DNA of 53,009 nt, from positions 1-53,009 of the forward strand of contig CAZIYI010000001.1 in assembly GCA_964543485.1 (NCBI GenBank), read 5' to 3'. This document shows, piece by piece, positions 38,829 through 46,795 of this stretch. A program made the translations under genes and the position numbers. The notes beneath the pieces were generated by a model. The model was not told the DNA's origin. It searched no databases and was given only the letters and a program-made list of their open reading frames with translations. Numbering within the stretch: position 1 is the stretch's first letter; every line of letters starts with the position of its first letter. This DNA is from an uncultured Candidatus Saccharibacteria bacterium. GTDB taxonomy: Bacteria; Patescibacteriota; Dojkabacteria; SC72.

Positions 38829-39599
38829 CTACTTTGCTAACATTTCATCAATAACTGATTTGAATGATTCATAAGGATATGCACCTGAAATATTCTTACC
38901 TACTACATTACCCTCATCATCAATGATACCAATTATAAAGCCAGGCGTACCCTGAACCCCAGCTTTTGTTCCATCTGCCATATCTGTATCTATTTGATCC
39001 TTATACCTATTCTCGCTCATACATGTATTATATTTATTCATATCAATACCCAAACCTTGAGCAACTGTTGCTAGTTCATCTGTTGATTGTTTAGAGAATG
39101 CCTTAGAGTAGAATTCAAAATATTTCTCTGCTCCACCAATCTCATTTACGCATAAGCCCGCATTAGCAGAATCTATTGCAATCTGTCCATGGAAACTCAA
39201 AGGAAAATTTCTAATAACATAGATTATTTCACCCGTATCTACATAATTTTCTAAAATACTTGGTTTAGTTTCTGTTGCATATTTCTCACAGTAAGAACAT
39301 TGGAAATCAGTATACTCAACCAAGGCCACCTTAGCATTCTTAATATCCCCCAGGTATGGACTATTCCCAATTACCGTAGAAGCTTCAGAGTACTCTTCTG
39401 TTGTATCTGTAGTATCCGTATCTCCATTAAGATTTGTATCAGGAGTTGAGTCTTTCCCTTTATTAGTAAGAATGATTGCTAAAGCAATAACGATACCGGC
39501 AAGAATGATTGCAGCAGGAATAGCTAATTTATCTAAACTAATAACTATTTCATCCTCATTTACACTCTTGTTTTCTGAACTACTGTTTTTCTTAGGCAT
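38829..39599 (-). CDS. membrane-anchored DsbA-family thiol:disulfide oxidoreductase
   Basis: 256-aa ORF with an N-terminal TM anchor and a thioredoxin fold carrying the CxxC active site (FQCSYCEKY). GVQGTPGFII (cis-Pro loop) is typical of DsbA-like proteins. Confidence 0.75.
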   Translation of the reverse strand: MPKKNSSSENKSVNEDEIVISLDKLAIPAAIILAGIVIALAIILTNKGKDSTPDTNLNGDTDTTDTTEEYSEASTVIGNSPYLGDIKNAKVALVEYTDFQCSYCEKYATETKPSILENYVDTGEIIYVIRNFPLSFHGQIAIDSANAGLCVNEIGGAEKYFEFYSKAFSKQSTDELATVAQGLGIDMNKYNTCMSENRYKDQIDTDMADGTKAGVQGTPGFIIGIIDDEGNVVGKNISGAYPYESFKSVIDEMLAK

Positions 39600-39678
39600 A
39601 TATTAAAAAATAAAAGATTAATTATGACAAACTTAGAACAAATAATATTTAAAATAAATACTTATGTCAACTAAATTT

Positions 39679-42030
39679 TTACTTATCCACTCTAATAAAT
39701 ATCCCTTGATGACTACCAATGGTTAAGGACTCACCATATATCTCACCCCCTTCATCCCTTGTTGTGTATTTAAATAGACCCAACTCTTTATCCCAAATTG
39801 CAATTTGAGATATATATTTTAATTCCGAATTAGTAAGAATACCCTTTGAATTACTTGATACATTTTTAAATTGAGAAGATGGTACTAAATTCCAACCAAC
39901 GAGATTCATTAAATCTCTGTTCTCACTTAAAATAGAAATACCCTTAAAAGATATATCTATATCCTCAAGAGATACTATTAGATAAATACCTCCGGGCTCT
40001 AGATTAAAATCCTCACCATTTATACTTTCATTATTATACTTAACGACTTTAACCCATTCATTATTTAAAAATTCCCCTACAACTATAATCTTCTTATTAG
40101 AATACTCAATTAGTTCCTTTGCACTTTTAATTGGAACCTCATTGTAATTTACCACCTCCATTACTTGAACAAAATTTACACCCTTATCTAAATGTAGCGT
40201 ACTATCCTTTACTACACAGTTATACTGTTCAACAGTATTGAGAATCTTTCCAGTACACTCTTTAGGAGCTATCCAAGAAACGGATTGATCACTTAAACAA
40301 CAAGCAGAATCAATTGTAGATACATTTGCTTTACAATTTACAGATTTTGTACCATTTATACAGTACCAAGAAACACTCTTACCAGTTTCAGGGAAATTTA
40401 CAGTAGCTGGATTTGGATTGCCAACTGTACATAGGGTGGAATCAGATGGCCAATCTTCTGTATAACCAGGATACGAAGTGGCTCTGGTACCACACTGTGC
40501 ATCTTCAGATGGGGTTGGAGTAGAAATTATTTGACCTGAGACAGTACATGTATATCCATAACTAGCATTTTTTGTTATCTCTCCTGGCTTAATGTTTAAT
40601 TTCCATATACATATACATCCATCAACATCTCCACAAAACCTGTCCACTTCAGGAGATATTACTTTCCCACTATCTAATCTTCCGGTTACTGCAAGCCAAT
40701 CTCTTACACCATTTCCCGTGGGAGTTGTAGGTGTAGTTGTTGGTGTTGTAGTAGGCGTTGTCGGTTGTGATGGCTCTCCCTTTGCAGTACAAGAGTTATA
40801 CTTAGTATTTGTAGAAGCAGAGGAGTAGCTACAAGCTGAAGAGTTTTTTGAGACAGTAAATGGCCAAGATAGGGATGAGTTCGTAAACCAACTATATACT
40901 CTATTTAATTCCAACATATACTCATATCCAGATTTCAAACTACTCTCATCACTACATTTCCCAGTAAAATATTTTGATCCCCACATAATAATTTCTTTGC
41001 TTAAAGTAGGGTTATTGTTTCTTTGGAAATCTTCATTCCAAGTACATCCACCAATATATGAAGGGACCGCTATATATTGAAGAAAGAATTCAATCTGTTT
41101 TTTGAAATCAGCCACAGGAACTGATGAGTTTCCATGAATACCGAAGTCTTCAACATTACTTCTGTACGCGTAATTACTACCACCAGATTCATGAGCCCAT
41201 ATCGTAATTGCAAAAGCAGGATTTATTCCATAATGTAAAGATTTACAATATACATCTTCATAGCAAACTTCAGGATATCCACCGGTTAAACAACCCGCAG
41301 TCCAAGCATCAATAACTTGAATAGTTTTCGCTTTTGAAGGGGAGTATTCAGAACTGTTAATAGATATATTTGTTTGACAATTAGCCCCACTGGCTGCAAA
41401 AACTGTAGGAGTTAATATCATTGACAACTCTTCTTTTAAATCATTCCCTGTTGCATATCTTGCATATTCAGTAACTGTATACTCATTACCCTTAGAATCA
41501 AATGCATAAGTACCATGATACTGAGTATCTAGTATTAACCTATCATCATCTGTTTCAATCAAAAGCAAACTCTTACTGTTTCCACTACCAGTTTCAATAT
41601 TAGGAAGAAGAATCTCCTCTGTAATACCCTTTGTACTAAAAGTCATCTCATCTTGCCATATATATTCTTGTTTCCCAATTCTGAAAATATATTCTGTATT
41701 ATATTTTAATCCATCAATATGGGTAGAATACACAATATTTTTATTTATAATATCTTTTTGGAATTGAATATGTTCAACCTTTTTGTATTCTGAAGAGCTA
41801 ATATTTTCTTTAAAATATACTGTATATACGACATCTTCTTTGTTTTTCCAGTATATCCATACATCTGAGGTACTTACATTAACAACCTGTATTTCAGATG
41901 GTCTTTCATTTAATATTCTTTGGATATTGATATTTTTGATAAAAAGGGAGAGTATTCCAAAACAAAGTATAATGCTTAATCCAAAAGGTATTAAAAATTC
42001 AAGGTGTTTTCTCTTAATTATTTTTTTCAT
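39679..42030 (-). CDS. large exported Cys-rich multi-domain protein (FN3-like module, lysozyme-like motif, PT linker)
   Basis: 783-aa ORF with an N-terminal TM/signal and an FN3-like region (VWIYWKNKEDVVYTVYF...YIFRIGK). The motif INPAFAITIWAHESGGSNYAYRSNVEDFGIHG resembles the catalytic Glu region of SLT/GH73 lysozyme-like folds. It also has a PTTPTTTPTTTPTTPT linker and about 25 Cys outside the signal. Confidence 0.6.
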   Translation of the reverse strand: MKKIIKRKHLEFLIPFGLSIILCFGILSLFIKNINIQRILNERPSEIQVVNVSTSDVWIYWKNKEDVVYTVYFKENISSSEYKKVEHIQFQKDIINKNIVYSTHIDGLKYNTEYIFRIGKQEYIWQDEMTFSTKGITEEILLPNIETGSGNSKSLLLIETDDDRLILDTQYHGTYAFDSKGNEYTVTEYARYATGNDLKEELSMILTPTVFAASGANCQTNISINSSEYSPSKAKTIQVIDAWTAGCLTGGYPEVCYEDVYCKSLHYGINPAFAITIWAHESGGSNYAYRSNVEDFGIHGNSSVPVADFKKQIEFFLQYIAVPSYIGGCTWNEDFQRNNNPTLSKEIIMWGSKYFTGKCSDESSLKSGYEYMLELNRVYSWFTNSSLSWPFTVSKNSSACSYSSASTNTKYNSCTAKGEPSQPTTPTTTPTTTPTTPTGNGVRDWLAVTGRLDSGKVISPEVDRFCGDVDGCICIWKLNIKPGEITKNASYGYTCTVSGQIISTPTPSEDAQCGTRATSYPGYTEDWPSDSTLCTVGNPNPATVNFPETGKSVSWYCINGTKSVNCKANVSTIDSACCLSDQSVSWIAPKECTGKILNTVEQYNCVVKDSTLHLDKGVNFVQVMEVVNYNEVPIKSAKELIEYSNKKIIVVGEFLNNEWVKVVKYNNESINGEDFNLEPGGIYLIVSLEDIDISFKGISILSENRDLMNLVGWNLVPSSQFKNVSSNSKGILTNSELKYISQIAIWDKELGLFKYTTRDEGGEIYGESLTIGSHQGIFIRVDK

Positions 42031-42089
42031 CTATACAAATCATATCAAAAATGTTGAATTACTTAAATCAATGATGATAGTATATTTTA

Positions 42090-42926
42090 ATGAAGACAAA
42101 TAAATATAAAAGATTTTTAATTGGAATACTTGTAGTTGGGATAATTACTATTCCAATTATATATTACATTAACTATACTCAAACACAGAAAGAAATCACT
42201 CCAAATCAACAAGATTCTACTGATAAAGAAAGAGAGGTTGATAATACACAGCAAGATGAAGAAACAATCCCAGAAGAACCCGTGGTTACATATCAAGAGC
42301 TATTTCCTATCATAGATCAGCAACAATCTTATGTTGTAGTTCCTACAAAGATAGATAAAAAGAATCCTCCAACACTGATAATATACAGTCATGGTTCTAA
42401 TACCACTGTAACTCAAAATATGGAAGATCAATTTATGAAAGATATCCAAGCTTATGGAGTATTTTTTACAGAGCATAACTATATTTTCTCTGCTTCTAAT
42501 CAACATGGTGTGAACTGGGGTAGCACTGCCTCTATCCAAGACACTCTTAATCTAAAGAATTGGGTAGATGAAAACTATGATATAGAGCCAAAGGTATATC
42601 TAATTGGTTTTAGTATGGGTGGTTTACCAACTATGAACTTTGCTACTACATATCCAGATATGATATCTAAAATTGCATTACTCGCACCTACTGTTAAATC
42701 TTCAGAGTGGAATCAACAGAGAGCTGATAAATTGTATGATATTGATATTAAGCTATGGCATGGGAACAAGGATGTAAATGTTCCTTACTCTTACTCTGTA
42801 TATTTTGTGAATAAATTAAAAGGGTATGGTAAAGATATAGAGTTTATTACGCTAGATGGCTTAACACACTTTGATTTAGATACAGAGTATATGAATGAGA
42901 TATTAGAGTTTTATGAATCTAATTAA
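42090..42926 (+). CDS. membrane-anchored alpha/beta hydrolase (esterase/peptidase-like)
   Basis: 278-aa ORF with an N-terminal TM helix, LIIYSHGSN, the nucleophile elbow GFSMGG, and a C-terminal His (GLTHFD). Confidence 0.7.
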   Translation: MKTNKYKRFLIGILVVGIITIPIIYYINYTQTQKEITPNQQDSTDKEREVDNTQQDEETIPEEPVVTYQELFPIIDQQQSYVVVPTKIDKKNPPTLIIYSHGSNTTVTQNMEDQFMKDIQAYGVFFTEHNYIFSASNQHGVNWGSTASIQDTLNLKNWVDENYDIEPKVYLIGFSMGGLPTMNFATTYPDMISKIALLAPTVKSSEWNQQRADKLYDIDIKLWHGNKDVNVPYSYSVYFVNKLKGYGKDIEFITLDGLTHFDLDTEYMNEILEFYESN

Positions 42927-43329
42927 AAGATAACTCAGACTGTATCTTTAGCATCTCATCTTTTGGTAATTCTTTTCGATAATCTACCTCACTTAATACT
43001 ACTGTATCAGCATATATTGGTTTTATATGAATATGGATATGAGGAATTTCTTGTCCTGCTCTTTTACCGTTATTCTGATTAATTAATATACCTTCTGGGT
43101 TATATCTATCTTGAATAACTTGAGATACTCTCTTAGCAATTTTTGACATATATTCATACAAATCTTCCGGAATATCTAAAATGTTTTCAAAATGTTGCCT
43201 TGGTAATACTAAAGTATGCCCCTTACTTAATGGATTTATATCTAAAATTACAAACACCTTTTCATCTTCATATGTCTTGTAACAGGGTACCTCTCCTTTT
43301 ACTATTTTACAAAAAATACAATCATCCAT
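42919..43329 (-). CDS. HIT family nucleotide hydrolase/transferase (HinT-like)
   Basis: 136-aa ORF starting CIFCKIVKGE, with the histidine triad HIHIHIKP. Confidence 0.88.
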   Translation of the reverse strand: MDDCIFCKIVKGEVPCYKTYEDEKVFVILDINPLSKGHTLVLPRQHFENILDIPEDLYEYMSKIAKRVSQVIQDRYNPEGILINQNNGKRAGQEIPHIHIHIKPIYADTVVLSEVDYRKELPKDEMLKIQSELSFN

Positions 43330-43334
43330 ACTGT

Positions 43335-43916
43335 TTATAAATGATATATTATTATCCTACTCCAATATGTTAATTTCTCTGTATTAGTTTTAAGGTAATC
43401 TAAACTTACAAACCCAATATCCTCTAGCCCTTCCTCTTTAATATGTACATCCGTACCATCTAAATCATATACATATACAAAACCAACATGTACATGATTA
43501 ACAGGATTTTCATCTTCAATATATACCAAGCCCAAATATGTTTTTTTAACAATTTTACTTCCCAACTCTACCTCTTCATTTAGCTCCCTATCTAGTGCTA
43601 CCTCTAATATATCTTGGTCTTTCTTAATATCTATCTTTTCAATATGACCACCCAAAGGTAAGGGACATAATGAGTTTAATCTATCCTCATTTTTATCTAC
43701 CTGTCTATGTAAGAAGTATTTATCTTTGTATTTTAATATTACCTGTGCAATTATCTGTTTATATGAAGAATCTTTTTCTAAATCTTTTCTTACTCTAAAT
43801 TCACTTTCTTCTCTCAAAAGTTTTAAATACTTCTCTTTATCTGTAGATATTAATCCATTCCATTTACCATACTCAAAAAGAGTATCTTCTTTAATACATA
43901 GTATATCTTCATTCAT
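43335..43916 (-). CDS. putative Nudix-fold hydrolase
   Basis: 193-aa ORF with the Nudix-box-like segment GGHIEKIDIKKDQDILEVALDRELNEEVELG (G-x5-E-x7-RE-x2-EE-x-G pattern, slightly irregular). Confidence 0.45.
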   Translation of the reverse strand: MNEDILCIKEDTLFEYGKWNGLISTDKEKYLKLLREESEFRVRKDLEKDSSYKQIIAQVILKYKDKYFLHRQVDKNEDRLNSLCPLPLGGHIEKIDIKKDQDILEVALDRELNEEVELGSKIVKKTYLGLVYIEDENPVNHVHVGFVYVYDLDGTDVHIKEEGLEDIGFVSLDYLKTNTEKLTYWSRIIIYHL

Positions 43917-43925
43917 ATTGATATT

Positions 43926-44129
43926 TTACTTTTCAATTACAATTGCAGTTGCAGGACACATATCGTGTGCTTCTTGAACTTTTTCTTCTAATTCTTTTGG
44001 TATATCCTTTCCTTTTAATTCTGCTTTAACATCTACTTTACCATCCTCTTTCATTTCGAATACCTCTGGACATATTGCAACACATGAACCACAAGCAACA
44101 CATTTAGTTTGATCTATAGATACCTTCAT
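43926..44129 (-). CDS. small single-cluster [4Fe-4S]/[3Fe-4S] ferredoxin
   Basis: 67-aa ORF with CVACGSCVAICP plus a distal CP (DMCPATAI), as in Thermotoga/Pyrococcus-type monocluster ferredoxins. Confidence 0.8.
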   Translation of the reverse strand: MKVSIDQTKCVACGSCVAICPEVFEMKEDGKVDVKAELKGKDIPKELEEKVQEAHDMCPATAIVIEK

Positions 44130-44189
44130 AATACATTGGTATGTTTAATTTAAGTACCTCTCATTTTTTCAGAAATATACTCACATTGC

Positions 44190-44320
44190 AACTGTTGGAA
44201 TATGGAGTGGTGTGTACACACCAACTCCATGCAGTGGAGTATCCTCACACTGTCCAACAGTTTTGACTAAAGAAAACGTCTCTTCTTTAGTACTTTGTAC
44301 TAGCGATCCACTAGTACAAG
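44190..44320. ncRNA. candidate structured RNA (three-way junction plus two hairpins), family unknown
   Basis: P1 pairs 44190-44199 with 44253-44262 (10 bp). P2 pairs 44204-44215 with 44216-44228. P3 pairs 44232-44239 with 44244-44252. Hairpin 44266-44274/44283-44291 has 9 bp and hairpin 44294-44303/44311-44320 has 10 bp. The junction segment is 34/73 G+C (~47%). It lies in the largest non-coding gap of the window, and the strand is undetermined. Confidence 0.35.
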
Positions 44321-44341
44321 GATTTGCATATACTTTTTAAA

Positions 44342-44371
44342 GAACAAAAAACCGGCTTCTGTTGGCCGGTT
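44342..44371 (-). terminator. intrinsic terminator downstream of the 127-aa gene
   Basis: On the minus strand, the stem AACCGGC(C)/(A)GCCGGTT with a 6-nt loop is followed by UUUUGUUCUUU. It lies 75 nt downstream of the stop at 44446. Confidence 0.75.
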
Positions 44372-44445
44372 GTAATTCGTATTTTTATACGTAAGGCGTT
44401 ATAACTGTATATTAATATACCATAATATGACTTAATTATCAATAC

Positions 44446-44829
44446 TTACGCTCTAAACCTTATCAACCCATTCCCAATAATATCAAAAGAATACTCTTCG
44501 GAAATATCTGATAAAAGTATTCCTGAACTTAATAGTAGCTCAGAAGGTTTCATACCTCCCTCTAAAGCTAGCTGTATCTCATCAGAAGACATTTCTAATA
44601 CATCACTTAACATATCTACAACCTTCGAATTACTACTACCTGATTTAAAATGCAATGTTCTTAACTTTAGTTTCTCACTTTCAAAATTGAAAGAAGTGTT
44701 ATATGCACCCTGCTTAATAGCATAACTAATCATTACAGGTTTAAGCGCTGCTACAAATGAGAATCCCAACACCGATACGAATATTGCGAGGACTGCTAAT
44801 CTATCTTTGTTTGTCATAGGGGCAATCAT
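44446..44829 (-). CDS. hypothetical membrane-anchored protein
   Basis: 127-aa ORF with one N-terminal TM helix (LAVLAIFVSVLGFSFVAAL), no recognisable motif, and its own terminator. Confidence 0.5.
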   Translation of the reverse strand: MIAPMTNKDRLAVLAIFVSVLGFSFVAALKPVMISYAIKQGAYNTSFNFESEKLKLRTLHFKSGSSNSKVVDMLSDVLEMSSDEIQLALEGGMKPSELLLSSGILLSDISEEYSFDIIGNGLIRFRA

Positions 44830-45003
44830 GACAATTTAAGTACATCTATATGCTACAGTATATGTAATACAGATGTACATATTTATACAGTTATAGCTAA
44901 AATATATACCCTTAGAATACATACTATATACTGAAGACAAGGTAAAGTTACATCTTTTTAGATGGTACTATGAGACATTATCGATAATATAGGGGGAAAA
45001 ATA

Positions 45004-45077
45004 TCGGGGTGACACGACTTGAACGTGCGACCTCTTGCACCCCATGCAAGCGTTCTAGCCATCTGAACTACACCCCG
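45004..45077 (-). tRNA. tRNA-Pro (anticodon GGG)
   Basis: Reverse-complement cloverleaf. Acceptor CGGGGTG/CACCCCG, D-arm GTTC-AGATGGCTA-GAAC, anticodon arm CTTGC-ATGGGGT-GCAAG (GGG at 34-36, G37), T-arm GCACG-TTCAAGT-CGTGT, discriminator A. No CCA is encoded. Confidence 0.9.
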
Positions 45078-45094
45078 ATGTAAAAGTAATTATA

Positions 45095-45676
45095 CTAAAG
45101 CCCTATTTCATCAGCAACAGAAATCATTTCTTTTAATGCAATCTCTATAAATCTATCCAAGGATATACCAACCTTCTCTATATCATAAATCAATTCCCTG
45201 TTAACATTTCTTGCAAATTCCTTCTGTTTTAATTTTTTAATAACCGATTCAACCTTTACAGAAGCAATCTTTTTATCAGGTTGTACAAGAGCACATGCAA
45301 CTAAAAAGCCACTCAAATTCTCACTAGCAGAAAGTGCATAATCCATTCGACTCTCCCTCTTCTCTTGTATATCAGGATGTTGCTCGTAATGGGCCTTAAT
45401 CGCATGATATATATTCGAAGGGATATCTTTACCAACTTCTAATTTCTCTATTTTTAATATGTTATCAAACTCAAGCACATGTCTTTTTGGATCTTTATTA
45501 ACATAGTCGAAATCAAGATCATGAAGCAATCCACTTAATCCCCACTCTTCAATATTTTCACCCAACTCTTTAGCCAAACCTATCATAATGATCTCGCTCT
45601 CTCTCATGTGAAGTTTAAGCCAAGGAGTTTGTACATATTTATCTAGTATTTTGATTGCTTGTTCTCTCGATATCAT
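45095..45676 (-). CDS. HD-domain metal-dependent phosphohydrolase
   Basis: 193-aa ORF with H...HD signature residues (LKLHMRESE...GLLHDLDFDY) and a downstream His (AIKAHY). Confidence 0.7.
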   Translation of the reverse strand: MISREQAIKILDKYVQTPWLKLHMRESEIIMIGLAKELGENIEEWGLSGLLHDLDFDYVNKDPKRHVLEFDNILKIEKLEVGKDIPSNIYHAIKAHYEQHPDIQEKRESRMDYALSASENLSGFLVACALVQPDKKIASVKVESVIKKLKQKEFARNVNRELIYDIEKVGISLDRFIEIALKEMISVADEIGL

Positions 45677-46699
45677 TTACAGATCTATTTCAATGATAAC
45701 TAAATTAGGACTTTGGCTCGCACTCAGTTTAAACGGTTTGTTACTACTAATACCTGTAAATGAGTATGTAGATGATTCCCCAGACCTACTCACAGAGAGT
45801 GTCACACCTGCTGCTAAAGCTTTTGATTTTGAACTTGTCCATCCAGCCACTTTGTCTAGTTCTAAAGAAGGGAATGTAACTTCCAATACTCCAGATTCAT
45901 TGTATTCACCACTTACAGAAGGAATTGGGTTAGACGCACCACTTGATACCTCTAAAGAGAATTTCAATACTCCACCAGAGTAAATATATGAATAGTTTGT
46001 GATTTTTGTTCCCTCCGAAGAAGTAACTCCCTCTATACTCTGTAAGTCACTAGAAAATTCTGTACTACCAAAATCAATTGTTGGTGGAGAGTATTTAGTA
46101 TCATAGGATACCTTTAAAGAAAATATCCATGTACTATCACTTGATTCATCCAATTCTAATTTAAAAGTATGAGTACCAGAAACTCCAATACCGTATATCC
46201 TTGTATTTTCGATAGATGTAACAGTTCTAGTAAGTGTAGATATAGCTCCCTTCTCAACTGTAATACCCTTGGTAAGAGACACATCTGAAGAATCTCCAAA
46301 TATATTTGAGATAGTCACTTTTATAACTCCATTTGCCCATATCGGTTCTACAACAAATAGTGGTGTTGTTGCCTCTTCATTTTCAGAGGTAATAGTAAAA
46401 AGAAACTCATGATATCCATCCTCTTGGCTATCTGTAATATCTTCAATTTCATATTCGTATGTACTACTCTCCCCCAAACTCTGCTTCTCCTTAGTAAACC
46501 CCTCATCATCAGAGATATATCCTAAATCTTCACTCTCTTCTTCATCCTCTTGGGTCTCCTCCTCACCCTCCTCACTTTCCTTTTCCTCTACAACTGTGTC
46601 ATCAGTCTTGATTTCTTCTTCAGTTTTCTTTGTACATCCTGTTAAAAGAATGGTACTTAGTAACAACACTAATCCGTATATAAATATACTTTTTTTCAT
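45677..46699 (-). CDS. putative lipoprotein with poly-acidic linker
   Basis: 340-aa ORF with a signal peptide ending in the lipobox LLTGC, then an EEKESEEGEEETQEDEEESED linker and a beta-rich remainder. The start codon of the downstream HD gene directly abuts its stop codon. Confidence 0.6.
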   Translation of the reverse strand: MKKSIFIYGLVLLLSTILLTGCTKKTEEEIKTDDTVVEEKESEEGEEETQEDEEESEDLGYISDDEGFTKEKQSLGESSTYEYEIEDITDSQEDGYHEFLFTITSENEEATTPLFVVEPIWANGVIKVTISNIFGDSSDVSLTKGITVEKGAISTLTRTVTSIENTRIYGIGVSGTHTFKLELDESSDSTWIFSLKVSYDTKYSPPTIDFGSTEFSSDLQSIEGVTSSEGTKITNYSYIYSGGVLKFSLEVSSGASNPIPSVSGEYNESGVLEVTFPSLELDKVAGWTSSKSKALAAGVTLSVSRSGESSTYSFTGISSNKPFKLSASQSPNLVIIEIDL

Positions 46700-46795
46700 T
46701 ATTTAGTATTATTAATTAATATATTTTATACTATCATATTGAATATATCATATAAAGGATTAACATTTACCTAATCAAATGTTAAATTATATATT

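Noticed and set aside
40718-40773. Repetitive GGT/GTT/GTA-rich DNA that looks like a short tandem repeat.
   Set aside because: It is the reverse complement of the in-frame codons for the PTTPTTTPTTTPTTPT inter-domain linker of the 783-aa protein. It is a coding low-complexity linker, not a non-coding repeat or CRISPR-like array.
44190-44262. The 73-nt junction element as a tRNA, purine riboswitch or hammerhead ribozyme.
   Set aside because: It has three helices, not four. The junction strands are only AUAU / AUG / none, so the conserved purine-riboswitch junctions and the hammerhead CUGANGA and GAAA core are absent on both strands. It is kept only as an unclassified structured-RNA candidate.
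44840-44878. 8-bp inverted repeat GTACATCT ... AGATGTAC (23-nt spacer) just upstream of the 127-aa gene start.
   Set aside because: The stem is short and AT-rich, the loop is large and nothing is conserved. This is within chance expectation for this composition.
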